Source of the DNA: Clostridiales bacterium
Lineage (GTDB): Bacteria > Bacillota > Clostridia > DUPQ01
Reading direction: 5' to 3'
Assembly (NCBI GenBank): GCA_023145435.1
Contig: JAGLDS010000006.1
Location: 19,355 to 83,354, forward strand
Length of the DNA: 64,000 nucleotides
In this document: positions 9,644 through 20,494 of the stretch, piece after piece
Numbering within the stretch: position 1 is the stretch's first letter
Layout: every line of letters begins with the position of its first letter
Program-made: the position numbers and the translations under genes
The notes under the pieces: model-generated
The model's database searches: none
Told to the model about the DNA's origin: nothing
The model's input: only the letters and a program-made list of their open reading frames with translations

Positions 9644-11431
9644 GTGTTTAAAAAGCGATTACAATGGAAATTAGTTATATTTATCTGCTTGATTGCAGTT
9701 TGCTTAGTTATACCAATTGGTATATTTTTGAATATTAGCATAGAAAATTTTCATTATAATCAATTTATTGAAAATATAGAAAAAGGCTTTGATATTTATG
9801 AAATTCAAGAAGGTTCACTAAATATTTCTAATGTATATCAAGATATGAGAGATATATATGCTCCTTCATTTGGGATTTATGGAAATAATAAAAGCTATAC
9901 AATCATAAATCGTAAAAACAATGAAATTTTTTCATCTGACTCATCCTTTTTGAGTAAAGATGAACAAGTTTTTCTCACAGAACTATATAGTTCGATTAAT
10001 TTTATTACTGCTGTGTCAGGAGAACATATTAATCATAAGGAATTAATAACAATTAATAACAGAGCTTTTTATGATTATGCAGTTGTTAAAGAAAATTTAG
10101 TCTTTTATTTCAGGTATTACAAAGAAGATTGGCAGTTAATGGTTTCTGAATTTAATAATTCAATTATGACAAGCTTATTAATCTCTTTGGTATTTGCCTT
10201 TATCATAGGATATTTATTATCAAAATCTATAACTAAACCTATTAATGATATTATTGAGAAAACACAAGACATTGCTGAAGGAGAATTTGGTCAACTGCTA
10301 GAAAAAGCAGGAAATGATGAAATTGGCCAATTAACTATGTCTATTAATGAGATGTCATTAAATCTTAAAAATATGTTAGAGGATATTTTTAATGAAAAAA
10401 ACAAGATTGATGCTATTTTAACTAATATGACAGACGGAATAATTGCTTTTGATGTAAATGGAGTTATTACTCATGTTAATCCTGTTTCGCTAAAGCTACT
10501 TCATCGTAGGAAAATAAATGAGACAATACAACAGATAATAAAAGAATATAAAATTAATATTACATTTGATGAGATTATCAAAAAAACAGATAAAGTAAAT
10601 AACAGTAATCTAATCATCAACATACACGACACAATATTACATGTAGCATTTGGAATATTACGAGATAAAAATCATCATCCAGAAGGGATTATAATGATTT
10701 TAAGGGATATAACTAAGCAACAAAAACTAGATGAAATGCGAAAAGAGTTTGTTGCTAATGTGTCACATGAATTAAAAACACCATTGACCTCTATTAAAAG
10801 TTATACAGAAACCTTGCTAAATGGTATGGTTGATGATCAAGAAACTAGAGAGCAATTTTTACAAGTTATTAATAGCGAAACTGATAGAATGTATCGAATT
10901 GTAAGAGATCTTCTTCAGCTTTCTGCCATGGATTTAAATCAACTATACTTAAATAGACATTTACATAGTATAAATGAACTAATTATAAAAACCATTGAAA
11001 AAGTAGAAGTTGAGGCTAAAGCTAAAAATCACATGATATATACTGAAATTGAATATGAAGGAAATGCATTTTTTGATTATGATAAAATACAGCAAGTACT
11101 AATAAATGTTTTAACAAATGCAATTAAATATTCTGATGAATTTGGGAAAATTACAGTTAAATCTATTAGAAATAAAGAATATGCTTACATTAGTGTAAAA
11201 GACACAGGAATCGGTATTCCAGAAAAGGATTTACCTAGAATATTTGAGAGATTTTATACAGTTGATAAAGCTCGTTCTAGAAAAATGGGAGGAACTGGAT
11301 TAGGATTAGCTATTGCCAAAGAAATAATGATTGCTCATAATGGGAATATTATTCTTGATAGTAAAAAGAAAAAGGGGACTACTGTTACAATTATAATACC
11401 TATAGAAAGGGAGAAAATAAGTGAAGAATAA
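9644..11431 (+). CDS. walK: Sensor histidine kinase WalK/YycG
   Basis: Two TM segments, HAMP, PAS, FVANVSHELKTP H-box, DKARSRKMGGTGLGL. Confidence 0.85.
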   Translation: MFKKRLQWKLVIFICLIAVCLVIPIGIFLNISIENFHYNQFIENIEKGFDIYEIQEGSLNISNVYQDMRDIYAPSFGIYGNNKSYTIINRKNNEIFSSDSSFLSKDEQVFLTELYSSINFITAVSGEHINHKELITINNRAFYDYAVVKENLVFYFRYYKEDWQLMVSEFNNSIMTSLLISLVFAFIIGYLLSKSITKPINDIIEKTQDIAEGEFGQLLEKAGNDEIGQLTMSINEMSLNLKNMLEDIFNEKNKIDAILTNMTDGIIAFDVNGVITHVNPVSLKLLHRRKINETIQQIIKEYKINITFDEIIKKTDKVNNSNLIINIHDTILHVAFGILRDKNHHPEGIIMILRDITKQQKLDEMRKEFVANVSHELKTPLTSIKSYTETLLNGMVDDQETREQFLQVINSETDRMYRIVRDLLQLSAMDLNQLYLNRHLHSINELIIKTIEKVEVEAKAKNHMIYTEIEYEGNAFFDYDKIQQVLINVLTNAIKYSDEFGKITVKSIRNKEYAYISVKDTGIGIPEKDLPRIFERFYTVDKARSRKMGGTGLGLAIAKEIMIAHNGNIILDSKKKKGTTVTIIIPIEREKISEE

Positions 11432-12866
11432 AACAACTCAAATTGTTATAATGATTATTTTATTACTAGCTGTCATAGTGCAGGCTATTATTATTCTTGA
11501 CTATTATCTAGATACTTATTCTTTAGGTATCTTTGACAAGGAAAATAACATTGAAAGTTATTATCATTCCTTTGAAGAAGAAATTTACACATCATATTTA
11601 CAACCATATCGGATGATTGTTAAAAGTGGAGTAAATGATTCTTGGATTATTAAAAGAGAAGATAGTACTTTATATGAACCTATGTGGGCAGCTTACCAAG
11701 AAGTGTTAAGAAATATTTTACAAACTAACGCTTCTTATAAAACAGAAAGTAACAGTGATTGGGATAATATTTATAAAAGCGAAGGTGTTACATTAGATTT
11801 TATGCAACCAAATCCAGTTGAATTTGTAGCACTTATGGTACAAGCAAAAACCTATCAACCAATTGATGCAGAAATTGAAAAGATTCACATTAAGCCTGAA
11901 AATGATAATTTAACAACCATTTATATAAAAACCACAGATTATGTTTTGATTTACAGTAACGTGGAAGCTTTTGAGTATTTTACTAGAGAAAATTATAGTA
12001 AGTTATATAATTTATTAGAGAATACAGAACGTTATGACAGCTCAAGGTATTTTTACTATAGCCGAATTATTTCCAATAGTAAAATTGCTGACTTAAAAAA
12101 TAATTTAGATATTCCTGTAAAGATTGACAATGAATATGCTAGAACATATCAATATGTTACCGTTAATCCATTTGTGTTAATTAAAGGATATAATGAAACA
12201 AGCAATATAAAAGAGAAAAATCAAATGGTTGAAAATATAAAACGATTATTACTAGGAGTTACTCACGATCAGCACAAAACTACTATTAATGCAGATAATG
12301 ATATTTTCTTTTCAAATGAGTATAACTTATTTTCCATTGAAGATAATAGTCGTTTTACTTACAAATTTATAGCCACTTCCGCCGAAACTACAGGAGATGT
12401 GAAAAGTGCTTTTTATAATGCCATAGAATTATTAACAGATTTCTTTTACATAAATGGTTCAGGACAACCTAAGCTGATTGTTAGAAATGTAACAAAAGAA
12501 GAGGATGGTTACTTATTTGAATTTAGTTATATATATCATGATTTAATTATTCTATTTGAAGATGAAAATAATATGATTAAAGTTAAAGCAAATAAAACTA
12601 GGGTTTTAGAAGCTAGTGGGAAATTATTAACGATTTCACCACTGTTATTAAGTAATACCACAACAATAGTAGAAGAAGATTATTATGCTAACTTTATAAA
12701 AGTAATAGAACAATATCAAATTAATTTATTACAACTCAGTGCAAAAAATATTTATGTTGGGTATGTAATTGGTGAAGAAGATGAAGCGTTTTTGATTCCT
12801 AAAATGATTGTTGAAGAATATTCAGGTGATAAACAAGTATATGATATTGAACAGGCGGAAGAATAA
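11421..12866 (+). CDS. yycH: YycH-like membrane-anchored regulator
   Basis: Single N-terminal TM, about 480 aa extracellular part, directly after walK; positional assignment. Confidence 0.55.
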   Translation: MKNKTTQIVIMIILLLAVIVQAIIILDYYLDTYSLGIFDKENNIESYYHSFEEEIYTSYLQPYRMIVKSGVNDSWIIKREDSTLYEPMWAAYQEVLRNILQTNASYKTESNSDWDNIYKSEGVTLDFMQPNPVEFVALMVQAKTYQPIDAEIEKIHIKPENDNLTTIYIKTTDYVLIYSNVEAFEYFTRENYSKLYNLLENTERYDSSRYFYYSRIISNSKIADLKNNLDIPVKIDNEYARTYQYVTVNPFVLIKGYNETSNIKEKNQMVENIKRLLLGVTHDQHKTTINADNDIFFSNEYNLFSIEDNSRFTYKFIATSAETTGDVKSAFYNAIELLTDFFYINGSGQPKLIVRNVTKEEDGYLFEFSYIYHDLIILFEDENNMIKVKANKTRVLEASGKLLTISPLLLSNTTTIVEEDYYANFIKVIEQYQINLLQLSAKNIYVGYVIGEEDEAFLIPKMIVEEYSGDKQVYDIEQAEE

Positions 12867-13649
12867 ATGAACACAAAAAAAGCTCTTAATTTAATAATCG
12901 TATTATTATTAGTAATTAATATCTTTTTACTTGTATTTATTATTAATTTTGATGAAGGAAGCAAAGAGTATGAAAATGAAATTACCTATGTACGTGATAT
13001 CATGGCTTATCGAGGCGTAAGTATTAACGCTTCTTTTAATAACGAACCTAGTATAGCTATTGGAATGGAATATAACGATGGAATTTTTACAAAAGATTAC
13101 ATTAATCAAATTAGTGAATTAATTACTGGTAATATACAAAGTAGTGAAGATGAAACTACAATATCCATCACTTTAACAGAGCGTCTAAAGATACCTAAAG
13201 AAATAAACGATAGATATGACGCAGATAGAAGAATTAGAGATTTTTTAGATAGTATTAGTTTTAATCATATTAATTATTTAGTAGATACTGTTGTTATGTC
13301 AGGTACAAGCACATATAATGTTGATTATATTTATATTGGTAATAATAAGGTACTATATGACTTATATATATCAGCGACAATTGATGAATACGGTATGAAA
13401 AGTATAGCAATTAAATACGTTGATAATCAATTAATAGAAGGAGAAAAATCATCAATTTTACCCGTAACAACAATTTTAATGAGCCAGATAGTTTATAAAG
13501 AAAACACATATGGTAAAAATACAATTAGTCGTATTGATGAAGGATATAAACAAGATGCCAAAGGAAAAGTATATTATTGTTATAGGTTAACAGATGGGAA
13601 TCAGCAAGTTAAATATTATAATGGCGTGGATGGAAAAGAAATAAAATGA
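12867..13649 (+). CDS. yycI: YycI-like membrane-anchored regulator
   Basis: N-terminus MNTKKALNLIIVLLLVINIFL and C-terminal YYNGVDG match the YycI pattern; operon position. Confidence 0.65.
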   Translation: MNTKKALNLIIVLLLVINIFLLVFIINFDEGSKEYENEITYVRDIMAYRGVSINASFNNEPSIAIGMEYNDGIFTKDYINQISELITGNIQSSEDETTISITLTERLKIPKEINDRYDADRRIRDFLDSISFNHINYLVDTVVMSGTSTYNVDYIYIGNNKVLYDLYISATIDEYGMKSIAIKYVDNQLIEGEKSSILPVTTILMSQIVYKENTYGKNTISRIDEGYKQDAKGKVYYCYRLTDGNQQVKYYNGVDGKEIK

Positions 13650-13659
13650 GGTAGTTAAA

Positions 13660-14847
13660 ATGAATCAACAATTTAAAACCAAATTGCAAACAAAATTAAC
13701 AGAAATGAAAGAACTTGGAAAGTATAAAGAATATCAATATTTGCTTTCTCCTATGTCGCATAAAGCAATGATTGAAAAATTTAATGAGGTTATTATTTTA
13801 TGTTCTAATAACTATTTAGGGTTTAGTGATCATCCAGACATAATAAAAGCAGGGCGTGAAGCGCTGATTAAATATGGTGTAGGTGCAGCAAGTGTAAGAT
13901 TTATTTGTGGAACTTATGATATACATCGTGATTTAGAAGAAAAAGTAGCTTCTTTTTTACACACAGAAGCTAGTTTAACCTATACTTCGTGTTGGAGTGC
14001 TAATACAGCTATAATCCCTATTTTAGTAGGAGAAGGTGATTGCATCATAAGTGATGAGTTAAACCATGCTAGTATTATAGATGGTTGTAGGTTAGCTAGT
14101 AAAAAAGTACAGAAATATATATATAAGCACTCAGATATGAATGATTTAGAAAAATTATTAAAAGAAGCAAAATCTTTTGACACAAAATTAGTTATTACAG
14201 ATGGAGTATTTTCAATGGAGGGAGATATTGCAAAATTACAAACTATTGTTTCTTTATGTAAAAAATACAATGCAATTTTAATGGTGGATGAATCACATGC
14301 TACTGGAGTTATGGGTAAAACAGGGCGAGGTACAATTGAGCATACAGGAGTATTAGGCCAAATTGATATTATTACTGGAACATTTGGCAAAGCTTTAGGT
14401 GGCGCAGGTGGCGGGTTTGTAGCTTCATCAAAAGAGGTTATTGACTTATGTATTCAAAATTCTAGACCTTCTCTTTTCTCAAATTCTCTACCACCTGTAA
14501 TTGCAGCTATGTCTTTAGCCGCACTAAATTTATTAGATGAAAATCCTAAAATGGTTACATCGCTACATAATAAAACTACATATCTAAGAGAGAAGCTTCT
14601 AAAAAGTGGTATAACTCCTCTAAAAGGTGATAGCGCTATTGTTCCAATTATTGTGGGTGAAACATCAAAAGCTATTTCCATGGCAAAAGCTATTATGGAG
14701 AAGAATGTTTATGTAACAGGATTTGGATTTCCTGTAGTTCCAGAAGGAGAAGCTAGAATTAGAATTCAATTATCAGAAAGTTTAACATATGATGATATTG
14801 ATTATAGCGTTAAGGTAATTAAAGAGGTATATGATCAGTTTCAATAA
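13660..14847 (+). CDS. kbl: Glycine C-acetyltransferase (2-amino-3-ketobutyrate CoA ligase)
   Basis: CSNNYLG, SVRFICGT, SDELNHASIIDG, TDGVFSMEGD, GTFGKALGG, FPVVPEGEARIR. Confidence 0.88.
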   Translation: MNQQFKTKLQTKLTEMKELGKYKEYQYLLSPMSHKAMIEKFNEVIILCSNNYLGFSDHPDIIKAGREALIKYGVGAASVRFICGTYDIHRDLEEKVASFLHTEASLTYTSCWSANTAIIPILVGEGDCIISDELNHASIIDGCRLASKKVQKYIYKHSDMNDLEKLLKEAKSFDTKLVITDGVFSMEGDIAKLQTIVSLCKKYNAILMVDESHATGVMGKTGRGTIEHTGVLGQIDIITGTFGKALGGAGGGFVASSKEVIDLCIQNSRPSLFSNSLPPVIAAMSLAALNLLDENPKMVTSLHNKTTYLREKLLKSGITPLKGDSAIVPIIVGETSKAISMAKAIMEKNVYVTGFGFPVVPEGEARIRIQLSESLTYDDIDYSVKVIKEVYDQFQ

Positions 14848-14861
14848 TTTTATAAAAAGTA

Positions 14862-14890
14862 TTGAGATATGATTGAGTATTATATATAAT
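14862..14890 (+). promoter_or_regulatory. Sigma-A promoter of the gcv operon
   Basis: TTGAGA-N17-TATAAT directly upstream of the riboswitch. Confidence 0.7.
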
Positions 14891-14905
14891 TAAAACACAA
14901 TATAC

Positions 14906-15095
14906 GGATGAATGTAGCGGGAGATTTCAAATTTATGAAAGCCGAAGAAGTAAGCAGTAAACGAGTCGGAATTTATGTGAATCTTTCAGGCAAAAAGGAC
15001 CGTTACAGGACGAAACTCTGAAAAGTTATGAAGTATTACATAACACCGAAGGGGCAATATCGTAAGATAGAATCTCTCAGGTAACAAAACGGGGA
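14906..15095 (+). ncRNA. Tandem glycine riboswitch
   Basis: Two aptamers: GCGGGAGA..GCCGAAGAAG..CTTTCAGGCAAAAAGGACCG and CTCTGAAAA..CACCGAAGGGGCAA..CTCTCAGGTAA; upstream of gcvT. Confidence 0.93.
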
Positions 15096-15127
15096 AGACG
15101 ACAAATATTTTTGTTGTCTTTATTTTT
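15095..15127 (+). terminator. Riboswitch expression-platform terminator
   Basis: AAGACGACAAA..TTTGTTGTCTT stem plus T-rich tail between the aptamers and gcvT. Confidence 0.75.
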
Positions 15128-15149
15128 GTAGGAAATTGGAGAAATTGTT

Positions 15150-16250
15150 ATGAAAAAAACACCTATTAATGAATTGCATAAAGAACTGGGTGGAAAACTA
15201 ATTGATTTTGGTGGTTGGGAGTTGCCTGTTTTATATACATCAATTATTGAAGAGCATAATGCTGTTAGAGAAAATGCAGGATTATTTGATGTATCTCATA
15301 TGGGAGAAATAACAATAAAAGGTAGAGATGCAAAAGATTTTGTGAACTACCTTATAACCAATGACATAAAAAACATGAAGGAGCAACAAATAATATATAC
15401 TCCTATGTGTTACCAAGATGGTGGGACAGTAGATGATTTACTCGTTTACAAAAAAAATGAGCAGGATTATTTTTTAGTAGTTAATGCTTCAAATGTTTTA
15501 AAAGATTTTAAATGGATAAGTGATCAAGTTAAAGATTTTAAAGTGACTATTAACAATGTTTCTAATGACTATGCACAAATTGCCATACAAGGGCCAAAAG
15601 CTGAAATGATTTTGCAAAAACTAACTAGTACTTCATTACAACAAATTACCTTTTTTACATTCAATGAAGCGGTTGATATAAATGGAATTAAAGCATTAGT
15701 ATCAAGGACAGGTTATACAGGAGAAGATGGTTTTGAAATTTATGCAGATGCAAAAGATGGAAGTGAATTATTTTCTCTACTTTTACATGCTGGTAAAGAC
15801 CATGGAATATTACCTTGTGGATTAGGCGCTAGAGATACTTTGCGTTTTGAAAGCGCGCTACCATTATATGGGCATGAACTTACAAAAGATATAACTCCAG
15901 TTGAAGCGGGACTTACTTATTTTATTAAACCTGAAAAAGACAAATTTATAGGCAAGGATAAGATTGTTAAGCAAATAGAAGAGAAACCTAAAAGAAGACT
16001 GGTTGGTTTTGAAATGATAGATAAAGGGATTGCAAGAAGTGAGTATACAGTACTTGACGAGGAAGGTAACAAGATTGGATTTGTTACTAGTGGTTCTTTT
16101 TCACCAAGCCTACAAAAAAACCTAGGATTGGCATTAGTTGAGCGTTCATATAGAAAACGAGACACCTTAATATATATTGAAGTTAGAAATAAAATAAAGC
16201 AAGCTAAGGTAGTTAAAAAACCTTTTTATAAAAAGAAATATAAAAAATAA
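15150..16250 (+). CDS. gcvT: Glycine cleavage T protein
   Basis: GLFDVSHMGE, SRTGYTGEDGFE, GLGARDTLRFE. Confidence 0.97.
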   Translation: MKKTPINELHKELGGKLIDFGGWELPVLYTSIIEEHNAVRENAGLFDVSHMGEITIKGRDAKDFVNYLITNDIKNMKEQQIIYTPMCYQDGGTVDDLLVYKKNEQDYFLVVNASNVLKDFKWISDQVKDFKVTINNVSNDYAQIAIQGPKAEMILQKLTSTSLQQITFFTFNEAVDINGIKALVSRTGYTGEDGFEIYADAKDGSELFSLLLHAGKDHGILPCGLGARDTLRFESALPLYGHELTKDITPVEAGLTYFIKPEKDKFIGKDKIVKQIEEKPKRRLVGFEMIDKGIARSEYTVLDEEGNKIGFVTSGSFSPSLQKNLGLALVERSYRKRDTLIYIEVRNKIKQAKVVKKPFYKKKYKK

Positions 16251-16264
16251 TGGAGGAAAAAAGA

Positions 16265-16648
16265 ATGAATCTAGTACCAGGATTATTATACTCAAAGGAA
16301 CATGAGTGGGTTAAGGTAGAAGGAAATGATGCTTATGTTGGAATCACTAATTATGCTCAATTACAATTAGGTGATATCGTATATGTTGAAATTCCAGAAG
16401 TAGATGATAACATAAAAAAAGGAGAAGTATTGTGTACTGTTGAATCAGTTAAAACAGCAGCAGATGTATTTTCTCCACTTTCAGGAATTATAACTAAAGT
16501 AAACGAAGAACTAGATGATGAACCTGAAAAAGTTAATGAGCAACCTTATGAAGCATGGCTTGCTGTTATTACCATGAGCGATTTAACACAATTAGATGAG
16601 CTATTAGATGAAAAAGCTTATGCTAAATATTGTGAAGAAGAGGAATAA
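16265..16648 (+). CDS. gcvH: Glycine cleavage H protein
   Basis: YSKEHEW, LGDIVYVE, lipoyl site VESVKTA; ATG 16265 after GGAGG. Confidence 0.97.
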   Translation: MNLVPGLLYSKEHEWVKVEGNDAYVGITNYAQLQLGDIVYVEIPEVDDNIKKGEVLCTVESVKTAADVFSPLSGIITKVNEELDDEPEKVNEQPYEAWLAVITMSDLTQLDELLDEKAYAKYCEEEE

Positions 16649-16650
16649 CA

Positions 16651-17958
16651 ATGGCAAGATATATACCTAATACTAATGAGCAACAAGTTGAAATGCTGCA
16701 TGCTATTGGTGTAAAAAATATAGAGCAGTTATTTGATATAATTCCAAAAGCAGTTAAATTTAATGGACTACTTAATATTCCTGGTGGGTTAACTGAAATG
16801 GAAATTATAAAATATTTTTCCTCTTTAGCTAATTTAAATAAAACCACAGATGACTATATATGTTTTTTAGGGGCAGGTGCTTATGATCACTATGTACCAT
16901 CAGTAATAGACCATATGTTGAGCCGACAAGAGTTTTATACCTCATATACGCCATATCAACCAGAGATTTCACAAGGAATGTTACAAGCTATTTTTGAATA
17001 TCAGACAATGATATGTCAATTAACGAGTATGGATGCTTGTAATGCTTCAATGTACGATGGACCAACAGCTTTAGCTGAAGCGTGCGTTATGGCCTATTCA
17101 ACACAAAAAAGAAAAAACAAGATTCTATTATTAGATAGTATTCATCCAGAAGCTAAACAAGTAGTGTCTACATATTTGCAGTATAGAGATGTAGATATTG
17201 TACAAACTACTTTAGAAACACTTGTTGATGATATAGATGAAAACACTGCATGTCTTTGTGTACAAACACCAAACTATTATGGACAAGTTGAAAAGTTAAA
17301 AGAATTAGGTGAAGCTATTCATAAAGTAAAAGGATTATTAGTTGTATATACAGATCCAATATCTTTAGGGATTTTACAACCTCCTGGAGATTTTGGGGCA
17401 GATATTGTTGTAGGCGAAGGACAAGTTTTAGGAAATCCTTTAGCCTATGGAGGTCCTTATCTTGGCTTTTTTGCAGTAACTGGAAAATTAGTTAGAAAAA
17501 TGCCAGGACGGATTGTTGGGCAAACAGTTGACACAGAGGGAAAGAGAGCATTTGTTTTAACGTTACAGGCGAGAGAACAACATATTAGGCGAGAAAAAGC
17601 TACATCAAATATTTGCTCAAATCAATCACTAAATGCATTGGCTGCAACAATCTATTTATCAGTAATAGGGAAAAAAGGGATAAAAGACATTGCTAAACGT
17701 TGTCTTGTTAATGCCCATTATACTTATGAGCAATTAATTGATACAGGTTTATTTGAAAAAGTATCAGATAAACCGTTTTTTAAAGAATTTGTTGTTAAAT
17801 GTAAAGCTAATGTAAGTAAGATTAATGACCACTTAATAGAGAATGGATTTTTAGGAGGTTATGATTTAGGAGACGGATTGTGGCTAGTGGCAGTTACGGA
17901 GAAGAGGACAAAAGAAGAAATTGATTTATTTGTGAAAGTGGCAGGTGAAGTAGTATGA
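16651..17958 (+). CDS. gcvPA: Glycine dehydrogenase subunit 1
   Basis: [35 protein letters not shown]. Confidence 0.97.
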   Translation: MARYIPNTNEQQVEMLHAIGVKNIEQLFDIIPKAVKFNGLLNIPGGLTEMEIIKYFSSLANLNKTTDDYICFLGAGAYDHYVPSVIDHMLSRQEFYTSYTPYQPEISQGMLQAIFEYQTMICQLTSMDACNASMYDGPTALAEACVMAYSTQKRKNKILLLDSIHPEAKQVVSTYLQYRDVDIVQTTLETLVDDIDENTACLCVQTPNYYGQVEKLKELGEAIHKVKGLLVVYTDPISLGILQPPGDFGADIVVGEGQVLGNPLAYGGPYLGFFAVTGKLVRKMPGRIVGQTVDTEGKRAFVLTLQAREQHIRREKATSNICSNQSLNALAATIYLSVIGKKGIKDIAKRCLVNAHYTYEQLIDTGLFEKVSDKPFFKEFVVKCKANVSKINDHLIENGFLGGYDLGDGLWLVAVTEKRTKEEIDLFVKVAGEVV

Positions 17959-19400
17959 AAAAATTGATTTTTGAAATATCACAACCAGGACGAAGTGCTT
18001 TTTCTTTACCACCAACTTTAATAAAAGAACAACCACTAGAAAATTATTTACCAAAAGAATTAATTAGAAAAGAAAGTGCACCTCTTCCAGAAGTAAGCGA
18101 AGTAGATGTAATTAGACATTTTACACATCTAAGTCAGCGAAATTTTGGAGTAGATCAAGGGTTTTATCCATTAGGATCTTGTACAATGAAATATAACCCT
18201 AAAATAAATGAAGATATTGCCAGATTAAATGGGTTTGTAAATGTGCATCCTTATCAACCTTATAACACAACACAAGGCGCTTTAAAAGCCTTGTATCATC
18301 TTGAATTGTTGTTGTGTGAAATTACAGGCATGGATCAAATGACTTTACAGCCAGCAGCAGGAGCTCATGGAGAAATGGCTGGATTAATGATGATAAAAGC
18401 TTATCATGAAGCAAAAAGCGATCATAAACGTACTAAAATAATATGTCCAGACTCTGCTCATGGAACAAATCCTGCATCAGCTGCCATATCAGGATTTGAT
18501 GTTGTAACTGTTCATTCCAATGACAAAGGACTAGTAGATATTAATGATTTAAAAGAATTAATGGATGATCAAGTTGCTGGATTAATGTTAACTAACCCAA
18601 ATACTTTAGGCCTTTTTGAAGAAGAAATTATGGAAATAGCAACTATTGTTCATGAAAAAGGTGGCCTTCTATATTATGATGGAGCTAATGCAAATGCAAT
18701 TTTAGGAAAAGTTAGACCAGGTGACATGGGCTTTGATGTTGTTCACTTAAATTTACATAAAACATTTTCCACACCACATGGTGGTGGTGGACCAGGTTCA
18801 GGACCAGTTGGAGTAAAAAAAGAGTTAATTCCCTATCTTCCCATACCAATAGTGAAAGAAAATAATAATGAGTTTTATCTTTCATATAACCATCCTTTAA
18901 CAATAGGAAAAATCAGATCTTTTTATGGTAATTTTTCTGTGTTAATTAAAGCTTATGCATATATTTTAACTATGGGCAATAAAGGATTAAAAGAAGTTTC
19001 AGAAAATGCAGTGTTAAATGCTAATTATGTTATGTCACAAATTAAAGATGATTTCATAGTTCCTTTTGGTACATCGTGTATGCATGAGTTTGTATTATCA
19101 GGACAATTACAAAAAGAAAAGGGTGCTTCTACGTTAGATATGGCTAAACGATTACTTGATTATGGTTATCATCCGCCAACTATCTATTTCCCTTTAATCG
19201 TCAAAGAGGCTATGATGATTGAACCTACAGAAACAGAAGGTAAAGAAACATTAGATGAGTTTATAAAAGTTATGAAAGATATTGTGGCTGAAGTTGATAA
19301 AAATCAAAGTTTAGTTCATAATGCGCCACATACCACAGTGGTTAAACGTCTAGATGAAGTTATGGCTGCTAGAAAACCAATTGTAAAGTACACACCTTAA
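17955..19400 (+). CDS. gcvPB: Glycine dehydrogenase subunit 2
   Basis: [30 protein letters not shown]. Confidence 0.97.
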   Translation: MKKLIFEISQPGRSAFSLPPTLIKEQPLENYLPKELIRKESAPLPEVSEVDVIRHFTHLSQRNFGVDQGFYPLGSCTMKYNPKINEDIARLNGFVNVHPYQPYNTTQGALKALYHLELLLCEITGMDQMTLQPAAGAHGEMAGLMMIKAYHEAKSDHKRTKIICPDSAHGTNPASAAISGFDVVTVHSNDKGLVDINDLKELMDDQVAGLMLTNPNTLGLFEEEIMEIATIVHEKGGLLYYDGANANAILGKVRPGDMGFDVVHLNLHKTFSTPHGGGGPGSGPVGVKKELIPYLPIPIVKENNNEFYLSYNHPLTIGKIRSFYGNFSVLIKAYAYILTMGNKGLKEVSENAVLNANYVMSQIKDDFIVPFGTSCMHEFVLSGQLQKEKGASTLDMAKRLLDYGYHPPTIYFPLIVKEAMMIEPTETEGKETLDEFIKVMKDIVAEVDKNQSLVHNAPHTTVVKRLDEVMAARKPIVKYTP

Positions 19401-20494
19401 TTGTGTTTACCTAAAATGTGTTTTCTAAAAAATGCTTTCCATAAAGAACAATAAGAGTCATAGGGAGAATTCATTAGAACATCTTTTGGAAACCCTATGA
19501 TTTTTTTGTACAATGATAAATCATTATTTGTCATTGTATAACCATGCCATCCTAGTTTTCCAAAAACAGTTTTTGGTGGAGTTAAGTTCTTTTTAGAACA
19601 AACCATGTTTTTTTTATTATTCCCATACTTTTTACAATCTAATAAAACCCATTCATCAATTTTAATAGAAGAGACTTCATTAAAAAATGAAAGCATAATA
19701 TATATTGTATAAGAATAAGAACTATTCTTTATTATATTAATAATCTCTTTCCAGTTAATAGCATCTTCGTTTTCTAAAATTGTATATAAATCAGTTACCC
19801 ATCTTATAATAAAAACAGGATCCCAAGTAGCCGCATGGAGTAGAGTGTTTATAATTTGATTTTCAGGCGTTAGTACATTTACAGCTACTCCTTTATAATT
19901 AAGTGCAATAGTTTTAGTAAGAGTAATATTTATATTTCTAAGATAATTGCTTTTCCAATGTAAATCGATTTCAAAACCAAGGCTATTAGAAAAAGCGAAG
20001 GAATGCCTAGTATCTATATTAGTAGCAACATCATATGAAAATTGTGGTGAAAAGCCATGTGATTGTAAAACAGAAATAGTATCAGGGATTTGTTTTTTTG
20101 TAACAAGTAAATCTATATCATTCATATGCCTTAACCCTTTATCTTGGTCATAGGTTAATATAATTGCTAATCCTTTTATTACTGTGAATGGAATATGATT
20201 TTTATTTAATTCTCTTCCAACTGATAATAAGTTATTAAAATGAATACTATTTTTGAATAGAGTTTTCTTATAAACACCTTTATATCTATTGATGTTTTCA
20301 TCAACTATGTTGCCTTTTACTAGTCGTTTATATAGTAAAGGAAGAAGACGATAGCTTTCTCCATCAATATAATCAACAATATTAACTTGGTTTATCCAAG
20401 CATCATAATAGATAGGTAAATCAAAAACATTACCAACAATAGCTTGTAATAAATATTTTTGAGAAGAAGTAATTGAAAGCTTAAGATGTTTCAT
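19397..20494 (-). CDS. Nucleotidyltransferase (NTP_transf_5-like)
   Basis: IKGLAI...[12 protein letters not shown] and EIDLHW motifs. Confidence 0.8.
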   Translation of the reverse strand: MKHLKLSITSSQKYLLQAIVGNVFDLPIYYDAWINQVNIVDYIDGESYRLLPLLYKRLVKGNIVDENINRYKGVYKKTLFKNSIHFNNLLSVGRELNKNHIPFTVIKGLAIILTYDQDKGLRHMNDIDLLVTKKQIPDTISVLQSHGFSPQFSYDVATNIDTRHSFAFSNSLGFEIDLHWKSNYLRNINITLTKTIALNYKGVAVNVLTPENQIINTLLHAATWDPVFIIRWVTDLYTILENEDAINWKEIINIIKNSSYSYTIYIMLSFFNEVSSIKIDEWVLLDCKKYGNNKKNMVCSKKNLTPPKTVFGKLGWHGYTMTNNDLSLYKKIIGFPKDVLMNSPYDSYCSLWKAFFRKHILGKHN

